Origin: Rickettsiales bacterium
GTDB taxonomy: Bacteria > Pseudomonadota > Alphaproteobacteria > Rickettsiales > JABIRX01
Length of the DNA: 64,000 nucleotides
Reading direction: 5' to 3'
NCBI GenBank assembly: GCA_018659145.1
Contig: JABJNB010000085.1
Location: 124 to 64,123 of the forward strand
Position numbers and translations under genes: made by a program. The notes beneath the pieces were generated by a model. The model was not told the DNA's origin. It searched no databases and worked only from the letters and a program-made list of their open reading frames with translations. This document shows positions 56,437 through 64,000 of the stretch, in pieces. The number at the start of each line of letters is the position of its first letter. Within the stretch, counting starts at the first letter, position 1.

Positions 56437-57612
56437 AGGACCCTTTTTTTTAAAAGGTAATGGCTATGCTTCGGCATTAAAGGCTCATATTAATGTTTTT
56501 GCAGATGTTTTTGAACAAACGAAATTTGAGAATTTTAAACCTATTGGATTAAATGAAGTTGAAAGTAATTCGTATAATGATTTTATTACCAAAAATTTAA
56601 TATCGAGTAACTGGAAGCCAGATGTGACAATTAATTACCTTGCCCCCAATGTCGCACAAAAGTATCGTGGTTGCTTCAATATTATATTTACATACTGGGA
56701 AACGGATTTGATTCCTGGTAATGCTAATTCAAGTAATAGAACTAAGGAAAAGAACAATTGGGTTCAGCAATTAAATGGCTATGATTTAGTCTTAACTGCA
56801 TCAAGCTATGCTAAGCAAGCCTTCATAGATAGTGGTGTAGTTAGACCTATTGAAGTGCTTCCTTGGCCACTCGAGGAAGTCTCTTCTGAAGTAAATGCTC
56901 TTAATACAAATTTCTTAAATGTGATTAATGGAGAGGAGAGGGGACTTTTTGAAATACAAGCCAACAGTTCTTTTATCCTCTCGTCAATTGGTGAGTACCA
57001 AGCTAGAAAAAATTTTCATCAGTTAATTAAAAATTTCATTATTACTTTCTATAACGATAATTCTAAGGCATTAATTTTAAAGCTGTCAAATACTGGGGTG
57101 GCATTTTATAAAAGTAATATAATTATTCAGGACATTCAGCATTATATCAAAAGTATCAAGCTTCCTGAACCAGTGCGTTGCAGTATATATGTTTCTACTG
57201 AGCATTTAAGAAAATCCGAAATTATTAATATTTTACAATCATCAGACTATTATATTACAACCTCAAGAGGTGAGGGAATGGGGGGTCCTGTGATTGAGGC
57301 GCTAGATTTAGGAGTTCCAGTAATATCAGGTTGGCATACCTCTTTAAAAGATTTTTAAATCATAGTAATTCCATTCAAATAGATCATTATAGTGATTATA
57401 TACAAGAAAAGAACTCTGTTCATTATGAAGATCATCAGCAATGTGCTTATTACAGAGATGGATCAATCCAGCAGAGTCTTGTAGAGTCTTTAGAGAGGTC
57501 ACAGTCTTTTTCTAAAGAGAAAATTAAAAAAGAGATTAATAGTTTATTGGGCATGGAACGGAATAAACAATTGTTTAATAAAATTATTAAACAATATATA
57601 GGGCAAATATGA
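56420..57612 (+). pseudogene. GT4-family glycosyltransferase paralog, frameshifted in a T5 tract
   Basis: ORF 56420..57358 ends ...GWHTSLKDF, then TAA. The ORF at 57331..57612 continues in another frame with LNHSNSIQIDHYSDYI, matching SFKDFLSQDNAILFDYHLENV of the upstream paralog. One extra T in ttttt (57352-57356) would restore the frame. Confidence 0.65.
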
Positions 57613-57737
57613 GAGTTGTGTTTATAAAAGAAAATTATGGATCTTAGTCAACCCTAGTTATAACTATGGTGCAACGAAGTAATTAAGAAAAAGCATTTCT
57701 CTTTAATGTCAAAACAACTAAATAATAATTTTATTAT

Positions 57738-58784
57738 ATGATTACTGTATCAATAATCGGCTTCGGAAAAATGGGGCAAATACGTGCCTCTGCTATAGAA
57801 AAAGTTGCATTAGCTAAAATAAAAAATGTATTTGATCCAAATGTAGCCGATTTAAAAAGTCAGTATCCTGTAGCTAAAAGTTATGCAGAGATATTGGATG
57901 ACTCTGAAATTGAGGCGGTGTTTTTATGTTTGGCCAATTATTTGAATAAAGAATATGCGATAAGAGCTCTAGAAGCAGGCAAGCATGTATTCTGTGAGAA
58001 GCCGCCGGCATTTAATGCAAGCGAGGTCGAAGAGATTATTGCGGCTGAGAAAAAATCTGGGAAAAAATTAATGTATGGATTTAATCATAGGCAACATGGG
58101 GCTGTGATTAGAATGAAGCAAGAAATTGATAGTGGAACCTTGGGCAAAGTCCTTTGGATGAGAGGGAGATACGGCAAGAGTGTAGATAAAGATTTTTATA
58201 ATTGTTGGCGCTCTGACAAGGAGCTATCTGGCGGCGGTATATTGCTTGATCAAGGAATTCATATGTTGGATTTATTTCTACATTTTGGCAAAAACTTTGA
58301 TGATGTACATGCTTTTGTGTCAAACCTATATTGGAAGTTAGATGGAATTGAGGATAATGTATTTGCAATTATGAGAAATAATGAGGATGGTATTGTAGCT
58401 TCGCTTCATTCTACCATGACACAATGGCGTCACTTATTTTCTCTAGAAGTATTCCTTGAGAAGGGTTATATGGTATTAAATGGCTTGAAGACTTCTTCTA
58501 ATACTTATGGAAAAGAAGAGTTAACGATTGCAAGGAATAGATCAACTGCTCCAGCTGCATCATGGGATGATGAAGAGAGGATAGAGTATGAAATTGATAA
58601 TTCTTGGCAAAATGAAGTTGATAGTTTCTTTGATGCTGTTATCAATGATTTGCCGATATCTTCTGGCTCCTCTCTGGATTCATTGAATGTTATGCGATTA
58701 ATTGATCGTATTTATGAAAATGAGACTAAGGTAAATGATGTGCTTCATGAAGATTTGCAGGCGATGGAAAAAGATACAATATAA
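57738..58784 (+). CDS. Gfo/Idh/MocA family NAD(P)-dependent sugar dehydrogenase
   Basis: N-terminal Rossmann motif IIGFGKMG, GKHVFCEKP (EKP motif) and GGGILLDQGIHMLD. Confidence 0.88.
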   Translation: MITVSIIGFGKMGQIRASAIEKVALAKIKNVFDPNVADLKSQYPVAKSYAEILDDSEIEAVFLCLANYLNKEYAIRALEAGKHVFCEKPPAFNASEVEEIIAAEKKSGKKLMYGFNHRQHGAVIRMKQEIDSGTLGKVLWMRGRYGKSVDKDFYNCWRSDKELSGGGILLDQGIHMLDLFLHFGKNFDDVHAFVSNLYWKLDGIEDNVFAIMRNNEDGIVASLHSTMTQWRHLFSLEVFLEKGYMVLNGLKTSSNTYGKEELTIARNRSTAPAASWDDEERIEYEIDNSWQNEVDSFFDAVINDLPISSGSSLDSLNVMRLIDRIYENETKVNDVLHEDLQAMEKDTI

Positions 58785-58789
58785 ATAAT

Positions 58790-59359
58790 ATGGACGATTA
58801 TAATACAGATTGGCTAGATGATTATTTTGATAGATATAAAAAATTAGCTTTCGAGAAAGAAATATACCCAGACCTAATTACTTTTAAGGAAATGGCCTTA
58901 GAAGTGAAGGCTAATAACAAAAAGATTATCTTTATTGGTAATGGGGCGAGCGCAGCAACGTCAAGCCATTGCGCTGTGGATTTTACTAAGCAAGCAGGAG
59001 TTAGGTCAATTACTTTTAATGAAGCTGGATTGCTTACTTGTTTTGCGAATGATTTTGGTTATGAGAACTCGCATGCTAAGGCGCTTGATTTTTACGCTTT
59101 AGAAGGTGATTTAGTGGTTTTGGTAAGCTGTAGTGGAAATTCGCCAAATATTGTAAAAGCTGCGGAATTTGCTAAATCAAAAGGTCTTAAAATAATTACA
59201 TTCACAGGATGCTCGGCAGATAACGCCTCAAGGCAGCTAGGTGATTTGAACTTTTGGGTTGATTCAAAAGCATATAACGTGATTGAATCTATTCATATGA
59301 TGTGGATTACTTGTGTGGTTGATTTAATTGTCGGTAAGGCTGAATATTCAGTTTCGTAA
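58790..59359 (+). CDS. SIS-domain sugar-phosphate isomerase, GmhA (sedoheptulose-7-phosphate isomerase)-like
   Basis: IGNGASAATSSHCAVDF, NDFGYEN, VSCSGNSPNIVKAAEFAKSKGLKIITFTG. These parallel E. coli GmhA GNGGS...H.A.E, NDFGF and STSGNSANVIKAI..A...GMKVITLTG. Confidence 0.88.
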   Translation: MDDYNTDWLDDYFDRYKKLAFEKEIYPDLITFKEMALEVKANNKKIIFIGNGASAATSSHCAVDFTKQAGVRSITFNEAGLLTCFANDFGYENSHAKALDFYALEGDLVVLVSCSGNSPNIVKAAEFAKSKGLKIITFTGCSADNASRQLGDLNFWVDSKAYNVIESIHMMWITCVVDLIVGKAEYSVS

Positions 59360-60154
59360 ATGCAAGAGCTGGCTACAAGATCATTTGAAGAGAAGGTAGA
59401 TTTTTACAATCACTTATACCTAGGTAAAAACACGCAAATTGTAGCAAAGGATTTCTATCCAAATAATCTGGAGGAAGCATATAAAATTCAGGCTTATATT
59501 CTGAAGAAGTCAGATTATGATTATCAAAACTTTAAATTAGGTGGTACTAATTTAGCAACTCAGAAGAAATTTAATGTAACAGATAGCTACTTTGGTAAAA
59601 TTGCTAATAAACATTGTCATCAGATTCAAAAACAACATCAAGTAATAGATCTAAAATCCGGTGATGAAGAATTATCTGCTGAACTAGAAATAATAATTGA
59701 ATTATCTAGAGATATTTCATTGAGTGAAAAGGTGGGTAGCCAGAAGATATCTGAACTAATATCGTCTTATACTATTGGTTTAGAATTTCCTACTAACTAT
59801 ATTGCAAATCTTGAGGCAGTCGGTGTTAATGGGCTCGTTGCTGAAAATTGTGCAGCAGGGTATTTAATTTGCGGTGAATTACTTTCGTATAAATCAAATA
59901 TTTTTAACCTTGGAGATAAGTTCGCAATTTATCAGGAAGATGTCTTATTGTCTCAAGGCTTATATGGCAATATTATAGGTGGTATTGAAGGGACTCTAAT
60001 TGACTTTATTAGGATTGCTCAGTTGCAAAATATTGCCCTTAGAAAAGGCTCCTTAATTGCAACAGGAGGTATCACAGAATGTATTAAGATATTAAGTGGG
60101 AAAACTATTAGGTTGGTGAGTAAGGTGTATGAGAAGAGTTTTAAGGTAATATAG
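59360..60154 (+). CDS. FAH-superfamily hydratase/dehydratase (MhpD/HpcG 2-oxo-4-enoate hydratase-like)
   Basis: EEAYKIQAYILKK..NFKLGGTNLATQKKFNV..SYFGKI and ELEIIIEL follow the AY.iQ...G.KiG.T....Q...v..P..G and E.EiA pattern of this family. Weaker recognition than for its neighbours. Confidence 0.65.
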   Translation: MQELATRSFEEKVDFYNHLYLGKNTQIVAKDFYPNNLEEAYKIQAYILKKSDYDYQNFKLGGTNLATQKKFNVTDSYFGKIANKHCHQIQKQHQVIDLKSGDEELSAELEIIIELSRDISLSEKVGSQKISELISSYTIGLEFPTNYIANLEAVGVNGLVAENCAAGYLICGELLSYKSNIFNLGDKFAIYQEDVLLSQGLYGNIIGGIEGTLIDFIRIAQLQNIALRKGSLIATGGITECIKILSGKTIRLVSKVYEKSFKVI

Positions 60155-60157
60155 TTA

Positions 60158-60946
60158 ATGGATTTAATCGCTGTAAAATTGCAAGAGGCTGTTAAAGCAT
60201 CAGTTATTGGTATTGATCAAGTAAATTGCTTGGGTGAGATAGAAAGTAAATCTAGGCATGATTATGTTTCCAAGCTTGATTTAGAATTGCAAAATCGCCT
60301 TATTATTAATATTGCTAAAATATTGCCGGGGACCGAGATTTATAGTGAAGAGAATGTATCCGAGTATCAGGATATAAAAGGGAATGCAGTTATTATTGAT
60401 CCTCTCGATGGTACTTTTAACGCTATATCAGAAATTCCATTTTATGCTATATCCATTGCTTATATTAAGGATAATATACCGGTTATTGGCATTACTTATG
60501 ACATAAAAAATGATGAAATATTTGTTGGAATTAAGAACCTAGGCATGTTCGTTAATGGTAAGAAGGCTCTTGCAAATATAAAGCATGAATTTAGTAAATC
60601 TATAGCGATCAGCAGTGGGTTTATAGAGTTGGCTGCACGTAAGAATCCTAAGATATTATCTGCACTTGGGGAAGAGGCGAGGATTAGGATGCTTGGCTCC
60701 CAAGCATTACAACTTGCTTATGTGGCGGCTGGAAGGATTAGAGCTAATATTAATTATGAAGCAAAATATTGGGATGATATAGCCGGGTATGTTATGCTTA
60801 ATGAAATGGGTTTTGTATACGGAGATTTTAATGGTCAGAAGATTTTTCCAAAATCTTATATAGACTCAAAAGAGAATTTAAAGTCATTTGCTTATCATCC
60901 AAATGATAGTGAGAAATTAGCTAATATTTTAAAAGATTTGATATGA
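60158..60946 (+). CDS. Inositol monophosphatase family sugar-phosphate phosphatase
   Basis: Metal-binding motifs EE (YSEEN), IIDPLDGTFN and YWDDIAGY. Confidence 0.85.
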   Translation: MDLIAVKLQEAVKASVIGIDQVNCLGEIESKSRHDYVSKLDLELQNRLIINIAKILPGTEIYSEENVSEYQDIKGNAVIIDPLDGTFNAISEIPFYAISIAYIKDNIPVIGITYDIKNDEIFVGIKNLGMFVNGKKALANIKHEFSKSIAISSGFIELAARKNPKILSALGEEARIRMLGSQALQLAYVAAGRIRANINYEAKYWDDIAGYVMLNEMGFVYGDFNGQKIFPKSYIDSKENLKSFAYHPNDSEKLANILKDLI

Positions 60947-61608
60947 CAAAGACTATTGCTATGATACCGGCCCGAATGGGTAGCCAGAGGTTAAAAAAGA
61001 AGAATTTATGTGAAATTTTGCCCGGAATCACATTAATTGAATATGTTATTAACAAGTGTTTAGCAGCTGAGTGCTTTGATGAAGTGTGGATTAATTCTGA
61101 GAATGAAGAATTTTCCAAATTTGCCGATAATAAAAACATTTTTTTTCATAAAAGGCCAGAGAAGTTAGGTGATAATAACGCAACTAGTGAGCAATTTATA
61201 TATGAGTTTTTGCAGAGCCATGAGTCTACTCACATAGTGCAGGTTCATTCTATAGCCCCGCTTCTCACCATAAATGAAATTAAAAGCTTTACGAATTTTT
61301 TTGTAGAATCGGATAACAATGTATTACTGTCATATATTGCAGATCAAATTGAATGTGTTTATTTAGATAAGCCGGTTAATTTTACTTTTAATAAAAAAAC
61401 TAATTCTCAAGACTTATCGCCGATCCAAAGAGTAACATGGAGTATTACTGGCTGGAAATCAGATGATTATATCCGGGCCTATGAAGCTGGAGAATGTGCT
61501 ACATATTCTGGCAAAATAGGTTTTTATGAGGTGGATAAAATTTCTGGACATGTGATTAAAACTCAGCATGATCTGGACATTGCAAAAGCATTATTGGAGA
61601 CTTTATAA
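60943..61608 (+). CDS. Acylneuraminate/Kdo-type cytidylyltransferase (CMP-ulosonic acid synthetase family)
   Basis: IAMIPARMGSQRLKKKNL matches the IPAR.GS.R...KN P-loop of the NeuA/KdsB/PseF family. 221 aa. Confidence 0.85.
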   Translation: MTKTIAMIPARMGSQRLKKKNLCEILPGITLIEYVINKCLAAECFDEVWINSENEEFSKFADNKNIFFHKRPEKLGDNNATSEQFIYEFLQSHESTHIVQVHSIAPLLTINEIKSFTNFFVESDNNVLLSYIADQIECVYLDKPVNFTFNKKTNSQDLSPIQRVTWSITGWKSDDYIRAYEAGECATYSGKIGFYEVDKISGHVIKTQHDLDIAKALLETL

Positions 61609-62537
61609 TGAAACAACGGATTCTTGTATCAAATATTATGATGCTCAAAGAAAGGGAGCGTTTTCAAGCTATTTTAGAATCACATGATTTAGAGCCAATA
61701 TTTCCTAAGGTAGGACAATTTCTTTCTGAGGCGGAATTATTAGGATATGCTGGGAATATTGATGCTATGCTTGCTGGTGATGATCATATTACGCGACACT
61801 TTCTTGAGAAGGCTGTTCCAAGGCTTAAGGTTATTTCTAAATGGGGTACGGGTATTGACTCTATAGACCTGTCTGCAGCGAAAGAGTTGGGGATTAAAGT
61901 TTGTAACTCACCGGCGGCATTTAGTGATGCTGTGGCTGATGTAGCTTTGGGATATATAATTGACTTGTATCGTAGTATTAGCTTAATTGACCGACAGGTT
62001 CGAAGTGGGGCATGGCCAAAACCAACGGGGTTTGTTTTGCGAGGCAAAACATTAGGCATGATAGGATTCGGTGCAATTGGTAGAGCTATAGCGGAGAGAG
62101 CAAAGGCTTTTGGTATGGATGTTGTCTACTTTGATGTTAAGCAAGGGGATGCCATGCAAGGTGCTAGTTTTGTCAAGACAGAAGAGGTTTTTAAGCAATC
62201 TGATGTTATTTGTTTAGCATGTAATCTAACAGCTGATAATCACCACTTGATTGATAGTAAGGCGATTTCATTAATGAAAAACGATGTTAAAATAGTTAAT
62301 GTGGCAAGAGGACCTTTGATTAAGGAGGTTGATTTAATTGCTGCTTTAGAGCAGGAATCAATAGGGGGCGTAGCTTTAGATGTATTTGAAGATGAGCCAA
62401 TTTGCCAGAGTTCTGGTTTATTAAAATTTAACAATACTATTTTTGGGTCGCATAATGCCAATAATGCTTTTGAGGCCAATGAATATGTGCATCAAAATAC
62501 AATAAATAATTTATTAGATGGCCTTGGCAAACTATAA
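61608..62537 (+). CDS. D-isomer-specific 2-hydroxyacid dehydrogenase
   Basis: NAD motif GMIGFGAIGRAIAERAKAFGMDV, plus VNVARG and the catalytic region ...FGSHNA. Confidence 0.9.
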   Translation: MKQRILVSNIMMLKERERFQAILESHDLEPIFPKVGQFLSEAELLGYAGNIDAMLAGDDHITRHFLEKAVPRLKVISKWGTGIDSIDLSAAKELGIKVCNSPAAFSDAVADVALGYIIDLYRSISLIDRQVRSGAWPKPTGFVLRGKTLGMIGFGAIGRAIAERAKAFGMDVVYFDVKQGDAMQGASFVKTEEVFKQSDVICLACNLTADNHHLIDSKAISLMKNDVKIVNVARGPLIKEVDLIAALEQESIGGVALDVFEDEPICQSSGLLKFNNTIFGSHNANNAFEANEYVHQNTINNLLDGLGKL

Positions 62538-63231
62538 AAGAAGTTATTTTGCTAATGAATATAGTATATTTGCTCATTTGTGGCAAAGTATTCTAACTAC
62601 TTATAATTTAGCAATTGAAGCAAGAGGAGAGTTTAATTTAATGCTCTCAGGTGGTAACACACCAATTAGATTTTATAATTACTTGCTGGTAGCCGAGGAT
62701 CTTGAATTGATCGATTGGGCGCAGGTGAATATTTTCTTTTCGGATGAGCGTTATGTTGATCAAAGTTCAGATGATAATAATTGTAAGCAGGCCCGGGAGC
62801 ATTTTTTAGATAAATTAACTACAAGGAATATCTTTGATTTTAAAACTGATTTATCACCTGAGGCCGCAGCTCAAGATATGTCGGATCGAACAAAGAAGCA
62901 TTTTGCTCTTGGCGATGGAGAGGTTCCAGCATTTGATTTTTGCTTTTTAGGATTTGGAGAGGATGGACATTTTGCCTCCATTTTTCCAGAGGTGCCCTTA
63001 GATGAGATAGGGGAAGAAATTTGCTATAGTCGGTTTATTGATAAACTTAAAAAGCATAGATTAACTTTTTCGCTTAAGGTCATGCATAATGCGAAAGCGT
63101 TGGTGTTTATTGTTAGCAATGCTAATAAAAAAAGATTAATGGAGGATTTAGGATCCCGAGCTCAAAAGCTGCCGATTGATTATCTTGAGTCTCATAATAA
63201 TATTGAATGGTTGGTGTTGGATGAGTCTTAA
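62518..63231 (+). CDS. 6-phosphogluconolactonase family (sugar-phosphate lactonase / NagB superfamily)
   Basis: LSGGNTPIRFY, FFSDERYV and FLGFGEDGHFASIFP, the three signature blocks of Pgl/DevB lactonases. Confidence 0.85.
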   Translation: MALANYKRSYFANEYSIFAHLWQSILTTYNLAIEARGEFNLMLSGGNTPIRFYNYLLVAEDLELIDWAQVNIFFSDERYVDQSSDDNNCKQAREHFLDKLTTRNIFDFKTDLSPEAAAQDMSDRTKKHFALGDGEVPAFDFCFLGFGEDGHFASIFPEVPLDEIGEEICYSRFIDKLKKHRLTFSLKVMHNAKALVFIVSNANKKRLMEDLGSRAQKLPIDYLESHNNIEWLVLDES

Positions 63232-63976
63232 AAGTTGTTTGCGCAATAAATACCATCTCGTGCGAAAAGTTATTTTGACTCCGATTCGATCTAGGGCTAA
63301 AGCAGAATTGCGATCTTATAAAAATTTACATAAAGGCAAAAAAGTTATTATTATTGGCAACGGCCCAAGTGTCAGGCTAGAAGATTTAGAACAATTTAAA
63401 GATTATGTTACATTTAGCTGTAATCGATTTCACTTATGTTATAAAGATACGGGCTTTAGACCTACGTATACAGTATGTATTGACCCTAATATGATTAGGG
63501 ATTTTGGTCACGACATTGCTAAGAATTGTGAGAATGATTTGTTTATATCTAGTTCTAATATAACTAAAAACCATGATAATGCCAAATATATTTATCGACA
63601 TAGAACTCTACCATTTGTTTTTAGCGAAGATGTAGCGGAGTATGTTTCGAATGGATCATCGGTTGTATGTGTAGCGATGCAGATAGCTTGCTATATGGGG
63701 GCAAAAGAGATTTATCTTTATGGTGTGGACCATTCATTTGAGTATAGTAAGGGAGCTGCTTTGTGGGATAGTAAATCGGTGAGAGGAGATAATAATCACT
63801 TCATTGATAATTACAGAAGTAATAAAAAATGGCGGGCCCCTCAAACAGAGGAAATCGAAGATAGTTATCAGATGTGTAAAGCATGGCTTAAGGAGCATGA
63901 TATTTCAATATTTAATATTTCGCGTAAAACAAAATTGGATATTTTTCCAAAATTAAATATTGAAAAGATCGATTAA
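63221..63976 (+). CDS. Stand-alone MptE/DUF115 (Maf/CstII-like) putative CMP-ulosonic-acid transferase
   Basis: VIIIGNGPSVRLEDL, SCNRF, AKEIYLYGVDHS and NNHFIDNY. Clear paralog of residues ~450-677 of the 53030..55063 product. The ATG at 63221 is preferred (the track start at 63176 is TTG). Confidence 0.75.
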   Translation: MSLKSCLRNKYHLVRKVILTPIRSRAKAELRSYKNLHKGKKVIIIGNGPSVRLEDLEQFKDYVTFSCNRFHLCYKDTGFRPTYTVCIDPNMIRDFGHDIAKNCENDLFISSSNITKNHDNAKYIYRHRTLPFVFSEDVAEYVSNGSSVVCVAMQIACYMGAKEIYLYGVDHSFEYSKGAALWDSKSVRGDNNHFIDNYRSNKKWRAPQTEEIEDSYQMCKAWLKEHDISIFNISRKTKLDIFPKLNIEKID

Positions 63977-64000
63977 TATATTTGTATTATTAATAATTAG

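Overview
AT-rich bacterial chromosome segment using the standard code; TGA is a genuine stop, as in panB, ddl and wzm. All functional calls come from motif recognition by eye, with no database search, alignment statistics or folding software.

Gene content and order (yebC-ruvC, uvrA<>ssb, argD-argF-panB, metZ, metK/ahcY, glnII, htpG) look alphaproteobacterial. Dispersed palindromic repeats, decayed genes and a eukaryote-type Ulp1/CE-clan protease suggest a host-associated, possibly intracellular (Holosporales/Rickettsiales-like) lineage. That taxonomic guess is inference only.

Layout:
- (i) 1-3.4 kb: right end of an IS66-family element, a small islet with a PD-(D/E)xK nuclease-motif gene and a nonsense-interrupted gene, then tRNA-Ala(GGC).
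- (ii) 3.4-26.8 kb: housekeeping block (ldcA, C26 amidotransferase, metZ, yebC, ruvC, uvrA, ssb, argD, argF, panB, dsbD-like, type II glutamine synthetase, htpG, rsmE, an OMP, pgi, metK, ahcY).
- (iii) 26.8-32.0 kb: accessory islet with an acidic coiled-coil protein, a decayed paralog fragment and an 867-aa protein carrying a Ulp1-like cysteine protease signature.
- (iv) 32.2-38.3 kb: ABC-F ATPase, a frameshifted ddl, an asnB-like gene and folC.
- (v) 38.3-64 kb: a roughly 26-kb envelope-glycan locus that runs off the right edge.

The glycan locus contains manC, gmd, wzm/wzt and GT4 glycosyltransferases. It also holds the two most interesting candidates:
- An 8-gene operon that looks like a complete lipid-linked pentofuranose pathway (similar to the decaprenyl-phospho-arabinose route) assembled from non-mycobacterial parts.
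- A gene set that looks like an Entner-Doudoroff-style route to a CMP-activated 3-deoxy-ulosonic acid, with CstII/Maf-like transferases.

Intergenic DNA is saturated with at least three families of MITE-like repeats, one copy carrying a nested insertion. Three gene disruptions all sit in simple-sequence tracts.
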